Positions 31,325-41,049 of a stretch of DNA of 64,000 nucleotides are shown piece by piece. The notes beneath the pieces were generated by a model. That model saw nothing but the letters and a program-made list of their open reading frames with translations. It searched no databases and had not been told where the DNA came from. How positions within the stretch are numbered: the first letter of the stretch is position 1; the number at the start of each line of letters is the position of its first letter. This DNA is from Vulcanimicrobiota bacterium. GTDB lineage: Bacteria; Vulcanimicrobiota; Vulcanimicrobiia; Vulcanimicrobiales; Vulcanimicrobiaceae. Position numbers and translations under genes: made by a program. The stretch covers positions 3,168,001 through 3,232,000 of the forward strand of contig OY970223.1 in the NCBI GenBank assembly GCA_963714015.1, in the 5' to 3' direction.

Positions 31325-34300
31325 CTAGAGCCGGCGCTGCAGGTAGAACTGAATGTTCGTACCAGCGTTGTACGGCACTTGGAAGGGACCGTTTGCATAT
31401 CCGCCCAGGAAGTTGTCACGCACGCCGGCCACGTACAACGGATTGTTCGGGCTCGGGTATGCGCTTGCGTACGTGCCTGTTTGCGGACCGGAGACACCGG
31501 TTGCAACTGGCTGATACTGCTGGTTCGGGAACCACAGGCCGTAGTGGTTGTTGAAGACGTTCGCGATGTACGCGCCCATCGTCCACGGCGAGCCTTGCGG
31601 CGAGTACTCCAGATCGAGATCCAGATTACCGTGCGCCTTCGTCAACGAGTTACCCGGCAGAGCTGGTTCGTTGTAGCCGCGTGTCGCGTCGATGTTCGGC
31701 GAGAGGTAGTTGCCGGGATTGGCCGGGTCGATGAAAGCCGACGCGTTGTACGGATTGCCCGGGCCGTTGGGTCCGCCCAGCGGCGTTGCAGCGCCGAAGT
31801 TGGTCGCGGGAACCCAGGCATATTGCCCGTTCACGGCGCCGTACGTCTCCGAGCCGACGCCAACCGGGAAGCCCCCGTCGAACGCAAAGATCGGATTGAT
31901 ACGCCAGCCGCTGGCGGTTTTCCAGGTTAGGCCAAGACGGCCTTGGAACGGCGGCAGGAAGTTGCTGCGATAGAGCTGTCCCGCTTGGAATTCGTACGAG
32001 AACAGAATCGGCAGCGAGTCGTTGCCGTAGTTACCATTGTCGACCGGCGGCGAGCTGGAGAATTCCGAGATGTAGTTCATCGTAAGGAATCCGCTAAGGC
32101 CCGTCGGGCGGTCCGGTGAGGTGAGCTGGAACTCGATGCCCGACGTCTTCTCGACGCCGTTTGCACGCGTGGTGAAAACGGATGCCGAGGTTTGGCCCGT
32201 AATCGGGTTCGGCGGACCATTCGCGAGCAGCGTGTTCTCTTCAACGTTGTAGCCGCGGCGGTCGAAGCCGGTGAGCTTCATGCCGAAGCCGCTGAGAGCG
32301 CCGTTCGTGAATTGGTGCGACCACTGGATATCCCAGTTGTTGTAGATTGGAGGACCGAATCCGCCGAGGTCGGGCGCATCAAAGAACTGATCGCCGAGCC
32401 AGTACAGCGAGTCGGTGTAATTCGGGCACTTGAACAAGTAGCCCGGACCTCCGTTCGGAGGCGTCGGTGAAACCGGATACGTCGCGTTCCATCCGCTGCC
32501 GCATCCGGGGTTCGCCGCCGTGTCCTTCGCCGGCATGGTGTTGAAGAACGACGGATAGTTCGACAAGTTGAACGGCGTACCGGCCGTCTGAGCAAAGAAG
32601 AACTCTACCGAACGTCCATACGAGAAACGCAGCGCATCGTTCGCACCGAGTTGGTACGAAGCGGCGAAGCGCGGTTGGAAGATCCGCGGACGCAGGAAGG
32701 CGTTGCCCAACGATGATGGTGGGACATCGGAGGGGTTTGCCAATGCCTGCGGCGAGGAGTTGAACGGGTTTTCGCCCCAGTCCAGATTGTCGAGGTCCAT
32801 GCGGACGCCGTAGTCCAGATGCAGACGCGAACTTACCGTCCACTGATCGCGTAACCCTACGCCGGACTCATGGAAGATCGCGTGGTGATAGTCGAGTCCT
32901 TGGGTCGGGATACGCGGCAGCGAGCTGATGCCGTTCCACAGGCCGTTCGCCTGCATGTAGCTGTAGATGTAACATCCACCGCTCACCGGACACGGGTTGC
33001 CCGCACTAACAGGCACGGTCGTGTTCGACGGCAGATACCAGTCACTGATGTTTGGTTCGTTCGGGAGACCGATCCCAAGCGTTTCGAGCGAGAAATACGG
33101 CGACTGCTGATCCCAGCGCGGAAGATCGTCTTCCAGGCGGAAAGCGAGCGTGGTCGTATGGTTGGCTCCGAACTGGTGCGTGAGGTCGGCTTCGCCGAAG
33201 ATGCGCTGACCGCCAAGGGCGACATACGACGGCTCGAAGTTGCCGCTCGTAAAGTTCGTGTTGATGGTTTGGTTGTAGAAATTCGCCCACTGCAAGTTCA
33301 GGAACGTCGTGGAGTTGATGTTCCACGTATAGCCGAGCTTATTGAAGGTGAGCGGTGTCGCGGCGATCTCTTCCGCCTGGGTCGGGGATAGACTGGTAGA
33401 TGGAATGCCCGGGAAGAGCCACACAGTACTCTGGTACTCTTGCAGCGGCGTTTGTATGACGTTGCCGCTGGGACCGGTGACTCCGGGGAATTCACCTTCC
33501 CAAGCAACGTACGAGAGCGGGTTGTAGGGATAGTAACCCGCTTGCGCGAGTCCGCCGTAGTTGCCGTACTGCCGCTGATCTTCTTCGCGAAGCAGCCATT
33601 GCAGCGACATGTTGTTGTTGTGGCCGAAGCGCAGGACCAGGTTGTTCTGGACGTCATCGTGGTCCACGCGGCTCGCCCCGTAGTACTGTCCTATCGTGGC
33701 GGCGTCGACGCCGTACGGTGCATATTGCGGAACCGTCCGGGATCCGTCGTACGAGAAGTAGTCCGAGATCCGGTTGTTGGGCGTCGCCCAAGCATAGTCG
33801 AAGTCGAACTTATGGTCGTACCACGGCTCGCCGACTTCGGCATTCAGCAGGCCGGAAGCCGGGTAGGTGCCGCGCGGCGGAACGATGTTGATCACACCGG
33901 CGCCGATGTTGCCTTGCGTCGCATCGCCGGAACCGGAAACGACCTGCAGCGAACCGCCGGAGCCGCCCGCGATGTTGTTCAGGTAGCCGCCGGTGCCGAA
34001 CGCGCCGCCGGCGCCGTTACCATCGAAGAACGGAATCGTGAAATTCACGCCGTCGTACTGGTAGCCCAGCTCGACGGAGTTCGAACCGCGAACCGTAATG
34101 TTGCCCTGCGAATCCTGCATTGCGCCCGGGGCAGCCAAGATCAGGTTCTGTTCGTTCGTCGATGCGGCATTACCCAGAGCCTGGGTGATACGTTGTCCGC
34201 TGATGGTCGTCACGTCTTGCGTTTGCGTCGGCTGGAATGCGCCGTTTCGCGCCCGCGCGTTGACGTGGACGATGGTCTTGAGCGATTTGTTCAGCCGGAC

Positions 34301-34657
34301 CGTGCCGGTGCTGTCGGTTTCATCACCGAACACCGCCACGCCGGGCTGGGAGATTGAGTCGTAGCCGGCCTTCGTGAACGACACGGTATACGTGTCGGCC
34401 GGAAGACCGAGCATGGTAAAGTGCCCGCCGGCATCCGTACTGGCCGAGAAGTTGCCCGAAGGCGATTCGGCCGTCACATGGACGTCTGCAAGGGGCGCTT
34501 GCGTACTCGCGTCGATTACCGTTCCGGTGAGATTTCCTTGAACGCCGCCCGCCGCAAATGACGGGGCCGCCACGGATAATACCATGGAAAGGGCAACAGC
34601 GACGCAGAGAATCGCGCGCGCGAACCTGGTTCGCGCAACCGCGAGTGAAAACCGCAT
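31325..34657 (-). CDS. TonB-dependent receptor with N-terminal carboxypeptidase-regulatory-like domain
   Basis: Signal peptide, GNLTGTVID...GHFTMLGLPADTYTV, plug 'TVRGS...YQYDG...GVINIV', barrel strands, C-terminal 'QFYLQRRL'; GGAGG SD before the ATG at 34657. Confidence 0.85.
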   Translation of the reverse strand: MRFSLAVARTRFARAILCVAVALSMVLSVAAPSFAAGGVQGNLTGTVIDASTQAPLADVHVTAESPSGNFSASTDAGGHFTMLGLPADTYTVSFTKAGYDSISQPGVAVFGDETDSTGTVRLNKSLKTIVHVNARARNGAFQPTQTQDVTTISGQRITQALGNAASTNEQNLILAAPGAMQDSQGNITVRGSNSVELGYQYDGVNFTIPFFDGNGAGGAFGTGGYLNNIAGGSGGSLQVVSGSGDATQGNIGAGVINIVPPRGTYPASGLLNAEVGEPWYDHKFDFDYAWATPNNRISDYFSYDGSRTVPQYAPYGVDAATIGQYYGASRVDHDDVQNNLVLRFGHNNNMSLQWLLREEDQRQYGNYGGLAQAGYYPYNPLSYVAWEGEFPGVTGPSGNVIQTPLQEYQSTVWLFPGIPSTSLSPTQAEEIAATPLTFNKLGYTWNINSTTFLNLQWANFYNQTINTNFTSGNFEPSYVALGGQRIFGEADLTHQFGANHTTTLAFRLEDDLPRWDQQSPYFSLETLGIGLPNEPNISDWYLPSNTTVPVSAGNPCPVSGGCYIYSYMQANGLWNGISSLPRIPTQGLDYHHAIFHESGVGLRDQWTVSSRLHLDYGVRMDLDNLDWGENPFNSSPQALANPSDVPPSSLGNAFLRPRIFQPRFAASYQLGANDALRFSYGRSVEFFFAQTAGTPFNLSNYPSFFNTMPAKDTAANPGCGSGWNATYPVSPTPPNGGPGYLFKCPNYTDSLYWLGDQFFDAPDLGGFGPPIYNNWDIQWSHQFTNGALSGFGMKLTGFDRRGYNVEENTLLANGPPNPITGQTSASVFTTRANGVEKTSGIEFQLTSPDRPTGLSGFLTMNYISEFSSSPPVDNGNYGNDSLPILFSYEFQAGQLYRSNFLPPFQGRLGLTWKTASGWRINPIFAFDGGFPVGVGSETYGAVNGQYAWVPATNFGAATPLGGPNGPGNPYNASAFIDPANPGNYLSPNIDATRGYNEPALPGNSLTKAHGNLDLDLEYSPQGSPWTMGAYIANVFNNHYGLWFPNQQYQPVATGVSGPQTGTYASAYPSPNNPLYVAGVRDNFLGGYANGPFQVPYNAGTNIQFYLQRRL

Positions 34658-34816
34658 AGCTTTCCTCCACATGTTGTGTGAATGGGTTTCCGGCCTCGCC
34701 CAGCGGTTTCCGCACGCCCTGTTCCTTGTTTCGAACATGCCGAAGCCATGGGAGCAGCCGCACCCGAAGTACGATTTATGTGGAGAAAGCTAAGTCCCTT
34801 CTTAGTCCAATTTTAA

Positions 34817-34843
34817 TGAAAGAGGCCGCCCGAAGGCAGCCTC
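34817..34843 (-). terminator. Terminator-like hairpin after the TonB_C-TPR gene
   Basis: Minus strand GAGGCTGCC-TTCG-GGCGGCCTC-TTTCATT. Confidence 0.6.
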
Positions 34844-34877
34844 AACCGGGGACTATTGAGGAAGACCGGCGCGGCCG

Positions 34878-36188
34878 CTAGCAGTACTGCCCGTTACAGC
34901 CGGGATGCATGGCGGCCGGGTTGACGCTGAGCTGCGTCGACCAAAACGCCAGGTTGGTGTCAAGTTGGTGGTTTTTGGCAAAGTAGGCTGCTGAGGTAGC
35001 GAGCTTCGGATTGCCCTGCTTTTGTGCCAGGCCTGCGGCCTTGTAAGCATACTCGGTAGCGCGCTGGAGCTCGTCCATGTTGCCGGAGGCCGGGGCGTCC
35101 TCACCCATGGCGACGGCCGCCACGAAGTAGGCCATGGCGTAGTTGGGGTTTTGGGCAATGGCCTTTTCGGCTTCAAGGCGCGCTCCCTGAAGATTGGGAA
35201 TCGGCTCCGTCGCTTCGACGATCGCGGCCTTCGTGTACTCAGGACCCGCAGCCCACTGCGGGTCGGCCTGCGCGGCCTTCTCGTAGAGCGCAATCGCGTT
35301 GCCGGAGTCGTGCCGGTTCTGTGCCGCCGTGGCTTGCATGTCGAGCGTATACGCCATCATCTTGCCGGCGAACGTGGGATCCATTTTATTCACTTCCGCG
35401 GTAATGCGCTGAACGGTCGCAGTATCGCCCGTAGCCTGCGCCGCAGCGAGCAGTTCCTCGTCGATGTTTGCCAGCGTTTGCTGATCCGCTGCCGGGTTGG
35501 AACTTTGAGCCAGCGACTGCGCTTTCTGCAGGGATGCCAGCGCGGCGCTGTTGTCTTTGTTGTCGAATTGCGCAACGCCGAGCGCGTAGTACGCCGAGTA
35601 ATCGCCATGCAGCGAAACGGCTTTCTGTGCTTCTTGCAGCGCGGCTTGGGGCTGCGTTTCGGCTATGGAAACGGCATTGAGAGCATAAGCTTGCATCGCT
35701 ACGTTTTGATAAAGGTCCGGAACCGTTCCGGCTTTGTCGAAGGCCGCGACCGCTCCCGGAATATCGTGCATGAATGCGTCCGCGACCCCGAGTTGCGCCT
35801 GAACGAGCTTGTTGCCGGGATTTTGCGCAAGCGCCTGCGTCGCGGCTGCCTTGGCGCCGTTGAAATCGTTTTGGTGCAGCATCGCAGCGATCTGCGCGCC
35901 TACGCCGCTGACTGCTTCTTGACCAAAGACGACTTCAAAGTCGAACAGCGAGCGGGCCGGCTGACCGTTGCGCATTGCCGGCGCGTATTTTGAATGTTTG
36001 GCGATGTCGAGTGCTGCAGCGTTGTCTCCCGGATTCGTCGAGTGAATTACGCGCAAGACCTTGAACGAGCCGTCGGGATTGACCTGAACCTGTACCAGAA
36101 CGTGGCCGGACCCGGCGGGTTCGACGACGCTGTTGGCGCGGCTAACGAGCCTTGGCGGTGTGTAGGACTGGGGCGGTGCTGCGAGCAT
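34878..36188 (-). CDS. TonB C-terminal domain + TPR repeat protein
   Basis: N-terminal 'GHVLVQVQVNPDGS...DNAAALDIAKHSKYAPAMRNGQP', followed by Ala-rich TPR-like helices (AYYALGVA, AIALYEKA). Confidence 0.75.
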   Translation of the reverse strand: MLAAPPQSYTPPRLVSRANSVVEPAGSGHVLVQVQVNPDGSFKVLRVIHSTNPGDNAAALDIAKHSKYAPAMRNGQPARSLFDFEVVFGQEAVSGVGAQIAAMLHQNDFNGAKAAATQALAQNPGNKLVQAQLGVADAFMHDIPGAVAAFDKAGTVPDLYQNVAMQAYALNAVSIAETQPQAALQEAQKAVSLHGDYSAYYALGVAQFDNKDNSAALASLQKAQSLAQSSNPAADQQTLANIDEELLAAAQATGDTATVQRITAEVNKMDPTFAGKMMAYTLDMQATAAQNRHDSGNAIALYEKAAQADPQWAAGPEYTKAAIVEATEPIPNLQGARLEAEKAIAQNPNYAMAYFVAAVAMGEDAPASGNMDELQRATEYAYKAAGLAQKQGNPKLATSAAYFAKNHQLDTNLAFWSTQLSVNPAAMHPGCNGQYC

Positions 36189-37494
36189 CTTCTCTCCTTA
36201 TAACGTGGGCAAACGCGCGAACGGCGGCAATCGAGCGTTCCGCAAGCATGCGGCGCCGCTCCTTTTTGTCCCGTACGTTCGACGCGAGCGCCGGAAAAGG
36301 CGCCCACGTGACATTGGCCGGCTGGAAGTCGGCGGTTTGCGAATTCTGCAGATGCGCCACGACGGCACCGAACGCCGACTCGCGCGGAAAATCGACCGGC
36401 GGCAACCCAAGCATCGCGCGCGCGGCGTGGATTCCGGTCATCGCTCCGCAAGCCGACGCTTCGACGTAGCCTTCGGCGCCGGTAATTTGACCGGCAAAAT
36501 AGAGCTCGTCCTGACCGCGGAGCCGCAAATGCGAATCGAGCAGGCGCGGAGAGTCGATGAACGTGTTGCGGTGCATCACTCCAAGACGCAGCCATTCGGC
36601 GCGGTCGAGCCCGGGAAGCTTGCCGAACGCCTCCTTCTGCGCCGGCCAACTCAACCGGGTTTGAAAACCCACCAAATTGAACGCGGTGCCTTCCACGTTC
36701 TCCTTGCGCAGTTGAACGACGGCGTACGGCGTCTTCCCTGTGCGCGGGTCGCGCAGTCCCACCGGCTTGAGGGGACCGAACCGCAGCACGTCGTCACCGC
36801 GATCGGCCATCGCTTCAATCGGGAGACATCCCTCGAAATAGCGCGCTTCCTCAAACGCTTTCGTTTCATGCCTGGGCAGCGTACGCAAATCACTCAGTAG
36901 TTCGAGATACTGCTCTTTGGTGAGCGGAATGTTCAGATAGTCGTCGCCGTCGCCTTTTTCATACCGTGATTTGCGGTACATGTGCGTTTCGTCGATCGAA
37001 TCGGCGGATACGATGGGTGACGCTGCATCGTAATAGTGGAGTCGCGGACGAACTAGGGAGTCGATTGCTGCGAGCAGATCGTCGCTGGGTAAAGGACCGC
37101 AGGCGACGATCAGCGGTCGATCTGCGGGGATGTCGCGCACTTCTTCGCGGTGCACGCGGATCCGTGGATGCGAGGTTATGCGAGCTTCTATCGCGCTCGA
37201 AAAACGCGTGCGATCGACTGCCAGCGCGCCGCCCGCTGGAACCGCCGATTCGCGCGCTGCGGCGATGACGACCGAATCGAGAATCTCGAGTTCCGCCTTG
37301 AGCAACCCGACCGCGTTCTCGAGCGCAGCCCCACGGAATGAATTGCTGCAAACCAGTTCCGCGAGATCGCCGGTTTTGTGCGCGGGGCCGCTTTTGCTCG
37401 GACGCATCTCGTACAGAACGACGTCGACGCCGCACAACGCGGCCTGCCAAGCTGCTTCGCAGCCCGCAAGCCCGCCGCCAATGATCGTTAAGAT
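36142..37494 (-). CDS. trmFO: Methylenetetrahydrofolate-tRNA-(uracil-54) methyltransferase TrmFO (start codon unclear)
   Basis: IIGGGLAGCEAAWQ, AELVCSNS, FEGCLPIE, GPLKPVGL, GVMHRNTFI, AGQITGAEGYVE. Confidence 0.93.
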   Translation of the reverse strand: MLTIIGGGLAGCEAAWQAALCGVDVVLYEMRPSKSGPAHKTGDLAELVCSNSFRGAALENAVGLLKAELEILDSVVIAAARESAVPAGGALAVDRTRFSSAIEARITSHPRIRVHREEVRDIPADRPLIVACGPLPSDDLLAAIDSLVRPRLHYYDAASPIVSADSIDETHMYRKSRYEKGDGDDYLNIPLTKEQYLELLSDLRTLPRHETKAFEEARYFEGCLPIEAMADRGDDVLRFGPLKPVGLRDPRTGKTPYAVVQLRKENVEGTAFNLVGFQTRLSWPAQKEAFGKLPGLDRAEWLRLGVMHRNTFIDSPRLLDSHLRLRGQDELYFAGQITGAEGYVEASACGAMTGIHAARAMLGLPPVDFPRESAFGAVVAHLQNSQTADFQPANVTWAPFPALASNVRDKKERRRMLAERSIAAVRAFAHVIRREDARSTAPVLHTAKAR

Positions 37495-39611
37495 GACACG
37501 AGTTCCGGTTCTTCGGATGGAGCTTGCAGAGCGGCGATGCTGCTGACGTCGTGTTCCTTGTCGGCGCTGCACTCGAGCGACACGACGCCGCCGCGGCGAT
37601 TCTTCGCAACCACATAGGAGCCGCACACCGGGCAGGGCTGCGGAACAACGCGATCCCACGAAACGAAGTCGCACTTGGGATAGTTCGCGCAGCCGTAAAA
37701 GACTCGGCCTTTGCGGGACTTGCGCTCGACGATCATGCCGCCGTCCTTGGGGCACTTCGCGCCGGTGTCTTTGAGAATCGGGCGCGTCGTCTTGCACTCC
37801 GGATACCCGGTGCACGAGATGAAGCGTCCGAAACGCCCCGTCTTGATCACCATCGGCCGTGCGCAATTGGGACAGATTTCGTCAGTCGGCTCGTCTTTGA
37901 TCTCCAGCCGCGGAAGCTTCTTTTCGGCCTCGTCCAGCTCTTTGACGAACGGGCCGTAAAAATTCCGCAACAGCCCGACCCAGTCTTCCCCGCCCACGGC
38001 GACTTTGTCGAGGCCGCCCTCCATTTGCGCCGTGAATTTCAAGTCGACGATATCCGGAAAGTGCTCGGCGAGCAGATCGTTGACCGCGATGCCGATCTCG
38101 GTCGGCGTGAAACGCCGGTCTACTTGCGTGACGTAGCCGCGCGCCTGAATCGTTTCGACGATCGTGCTGTAGGTCGACGGGCGCCCGATGCGGTTCTCCT
38201 CGAGGGCTCGCACCAGCGTTGCTTCGGTAAAGCGCGGCGGCGGCTCGGTGAAATGCTGCTTGGGATCGAGCTTTTGCAGGTCGAGGTTTTGGCCTTGCTC
38301 CAGTTTGGGCAGGCGGCGTTTTCCCTCGCTGTCGGCAGCCTCGTCGTCCCGCCCCTCTTCATAGATTTTGGTAAAGCCCGCGAACTTCATCACGCTGCCG
38401 GTGGCGCGGAACGTGTACTGCTTAGCCGAGATGTCCACCGTGGTCTGGTCGAACACCGCGGCCGACATCTGCGAGGCCACGAAACGGTTCCAAATCAGCG
38501 TATATAAACGAAGCTCGTCGCGCTTGAGCAGCGCCGCCATGTGCTCGGGCGTGCGATGAATCGAGGTCGGACGAATCGCCTCGTGCGCATCCTGCGCTCC
38601 CTCGCGGACCCGGTACGCGCGCCCCCCGTAAAAGTTCTCGCCGTAGGTCTGGACGATGTAGTCCCGAGCCGAATCGCGCGCCTGATCCGAAATGCGCGTG
38701 GAATCCGTGCGCATGTAAGTGATGAGGCCGACGGTGCCTTCGGCGCCGAGGTCGACGCCCTCGTACAAAGCCTGCGCGATCTGCATGGTGCGCCGGACGC
38801 GCAGTTTCAATTTGCGCGATGCTTCCTGCTGGAGCGTGGAGGTCGTAAACGGCGGGGCCGCATTCCGCCGGACCTCCCGCTGCTTTATCGAAGCAATGTG
38901 GTAATCGGCGCCGTTCAAATCGCTAAGCACCGCGTCGGCCTGCTCTTTGTTCTCCGGAACGAATTTCTCGCCGGAGCGCAGTAACAGGTCCGCGGGGAAG
39001 ATCAGCGCCGGCTCCTGCGATGCGGTCAGGTGCGCCGTAATCGTCCAATATTCGCGTGGAACGAACGCTTGGATTTCGCGCTCCCGATCGACGATGAGCC
39101 GAACCGCGACCGATTGCACGCGTCCGGCGGACAAGCCGCCGCGCACCTTAGCCCACAGCAAGGGTGAAATCTTATAGCCCACCAGGCGGTCGAGAATCCG
39201 GCGAGCCTGCTGCGCGTTCACGCGATCGATGTCGATCCGATGCGGCTGCTTGATCGCGGCGAGAGCCGCCTCTTTGGTGATCTCGTGCAGTTCGATCCGC
39301 TTCGGATCCTCCAGTTTCAGGAGCTCCGCCAAGTGCCAGGCAATGGCCTCGCCTTCGCGATCCGGGTCGGTCGCAAGGTACACGTCGCTCGCACCCTTGA
39401 CGGCCGCTTTGAGCTCCTTGATGACGTCGCCCTTACCCTTGATCGTAAGATATTTCGGCGCAAAACCGTTCTCTACGTCGACGCCGAGCGTGCTCTTCGG
39501 AAGATCTCGAACGTGCCCGACCGACGCTTTCACGACGTAGCGCGCCGGCAAAAACTTCTTGATCGTGCGCGCCTTGGTCGGCGACTCCACGATGATGACG
39601 GGCTTTTTCAC
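37488..39611 (-). CDS. topA: DNA topoisomerase I
   Basis: IVESPTKARTI, ATDPDREGEAI, SAGRVQS, ITYMRTDS, GRPSTY, C-terminal zinc ribbons; GTG start at 39611. Confidence 0.97.
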   Translation of the reverse strand: MKKPVIIVESPTKARTIKKFLPARYVVKASVGHVRDLPKSTLGVDVENGFAPKYLTIKGKGDVIKELKAAVKGASDVYLATDPDREGEAIAWHLAELLKLEDPKRIELHEITKEAALAAIKQPHRIDIDRVNAQQARRILDRLVGYKISPLLWAKVRGGLSAGRVQSVAVRLIVDREREIQAFVPREYWTITAHLTASQEPALIFPADLLLRSGEKFVPENKEQADAVLSDLNGADYHIASIKQREVRRNAAPPFTTSTLQQEASRKLKLRVRRTMQIAQALYEGVDLGAEGTVGLITYMRTDSTRISDQARDSARDYIVQTYGENFYGGRAYRVREGAQDAHEAIRPTSIHRTPEHMAALLKRDELRLYTLIWNRFVASQMSAAVFDQTTVDISAKQYTFRATGSVMKFAGFTKIYEEGRDDEAADSEGKRRLPKLEQGQNLDLQKLDPKQHFTEPPPRFTEATLVRALEENRIGRPSTYSTIVETIQARGYVTQVDRRFTPTEIGIAVNDLLAEHFPDIVDLKFTAQMEGGLDKVAVGGEDWVGLLRNFYGPFVKELDEAEKKLPRLEIKDEPTDEICPNCARPMVIKTGRFGRFISCTGYPECKTTRPILKDTGAKCPKDGGMIVERKSRKGRVFYGCANYPKCDFVSWDRVVPQPCPVCGSYVVAKNRRGGVVSLECSADKEHDVSSIAALQAPSEEPELVSS

Positions 39612-39817
39612 GGGCCCTAGTATACCCCCGCGGTCAAGGCCTGGGCAAATATGGTAGGCCGCGCGCACGCGCGTGATACCGGATCTCCACCGGCTCGTCA
39701 ACATCATTTCAAGGCTAGATTTGCAATTATTTCAAAAATTAACTATGATGCGCACAAAGCGCTAAATTGCGCTGTCCACCACTTCGAGTTCGTCCCCCGA
39801 GGACGATGGGAGGAAGA

Positions 39818-40293
39818 ATGGATTCCGATATGATGTCAAACGGCATGACGATGGGTGAAGAATCTTCGTCACGCCGCGGCGGACGCCGCAAAGGCGGTCG
39901 CAAGAAAGGCACCGGCGGTCGCAAAAAAGCTACGGGCGGCCGTAAATCTGCGGACGGCCGCAAGAGCGCGGGGCGCAAAGGCGGACGTAAAAAAGCTGCG
40001 GGCGGACGTAAGAAGCTGCCGGCGGACGCAAGAAGTCCTCAGGTCGCAAGAAAGCTACGGGCGGACGCAAAAAGGGCGGCCGCAAGAAAGGCACCGGCGG
40101 ACGCAAAAAAGCTACGGGCGGACGTAAAAAAGCTACGGGCGGACGCAAGAAGGCCGGTCGCAAGAAAGCCACCGGCGGACGCAAAAAAGCTGCGGGCGGA
40201 CGTAAAAAAACTACAGGCGGACGCAAGAAGGCCGGTCGCAAGAAAGGCACCGGCGGACGCAAAAAGGGCGGACGCAGAAAGAAAGCAGCGTAG
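39818..40293 (+). CDS. Highly basic GGRKK-repeat histone H1/protamine-like protein (about 158 aa; one apparent 1-nt deletion near 40013)
   Basis: GGGAGGA SD before the ATG at 39818. The GRKK repeats continue in a shifted frame to KKGGRRKKAA-TAG (40291-40293). Synonymous codon variation between repeats supports coding. Confidence 0.75.
39877..40285 (+). repeat. Degenerate 15-21-nt tandem coding repeat (consensus about GGCGGACGCAAAAAAGCTACG)
   Basis: About 17 GRKK-coding units counted by eye. Confidence 0.85.
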
Positions 40294-40308
40294 CAGCAGA
40301 TGAAATTG

Positions 40309-40337
40309 AAGAGCGGCGTAATCGCCGCTCTTTTTTT
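40309..40337 (+). terminator. Intrinsic terminator
   Basis: AAGAGCGGCG-TAAT-CGCCGCTCTT followed by a T run. Confidence 0.85.
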
Positions 40338-40548
40338 ACGTTTGCGGAAGACCGTTCTTGTGCCGTGCGCAATCTCCGGGGTCCCATTCCCACAGTTGAT
40401 CGTCGAGTACCTTGGATGCTCCGCATCCGCAATTCCAACGCAGCACGCTCATTGGTTTCCCGGGTTCGGCTGACGTCGGCGGGACGTTTTCCTCGGCCGG
40501 TTCACCCAATTTTGCGATGAGATCTTCCTTCGAATAATGCACGTTCAC
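40336..40548 (-). CDS. Small hypothetical protein with WxCGC and CxxH motifs
   Basis: 70-aa ORF 'RWNCGCGA...WDPGDCARH' with plausible protein composition. Confidence 0.6.
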   Translation of the reverse strand: MNVHYSKEDLIAKLGEPAEENVPPTSAEPGKPMSVLRWNCGCGASKVLDDQLWEWDPGDCARHKNGLPQT

Positions 40549-40750
40549 GTCGGAATCCGTGTTCCCGGTGCTGGGACCATCCTAACCGCCCGGCCCCCCA
40601 TTTACTACTAGTCCTCAAGCACCTTGTGACGCTTACAAGGTCCGCCTACACTAAGTAAGGACTGCCGGGCCGGATGCCGGATCTTGGCTCGGCACTCTGC
40701 TTTTGATCGGCGCCGGTCCTTCGGCGCCGATTGCGTTTTCGGGACATTTC

Positions 40751-41038
40751 GTGAGCGAGCATCACATTGAAATCGCCGTAGGACGAACGCACACGGTACG
40801 TCTGGCCGGCCTCGGATCGGCCGGATATTCGTGGAGCTGCAGTGCGGATGGCGAACCGTCCATCGTCGAGTTCTCGCGGGAGCCCGTTGCGGTGGAATCC
40901 GGAAGCGCCGACGAGCTGCTGCACATTCGCGGCGTTCGTCCCGGCCGGGTGCGCATCCGCTGCGTTCAAGGCCGCATCTGGGAAACCGCGCGCTCTCCGT
41001 TTAGCGAAGAGATCTTCGACGTTGTGGTTTCGGGTTGA
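40751..41038 (+). CDS. Chagasin/inhibitor I42-like protein
   Basis: 'TVRL...SAGYSW...G..RIRCVQGRIWE' resembles the I42 NPTTGYxW and RPWE loops. Confidence 0.55.
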   Translation: MSEHHIEIAVGRTHTVRLAGLGSAGYSWSCSADGEPSIVEFSREPVAVESGSADELLHIRGVRPGRVRIRCVQGRIWETARSPFSEEIFDVVVSG

Positions 41039-41049
41039 AGATCGCTTCG

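Noticed and set aside
39877..40285. Tandem repeats as a CRISPR array or non-coding satellite
   Set aside because: There are no unique spacers or cas genes; unit lengths are multiples of 3 with synonymous variation, so this is a coding repeat.
40610..40663. Hairpin ACCTTGT/ACAAGGT inside AGTCCT/AGGACT as a small RNA
   Set aside because: It is too short and unsupported; it could equally be an operator palindrome or chance.
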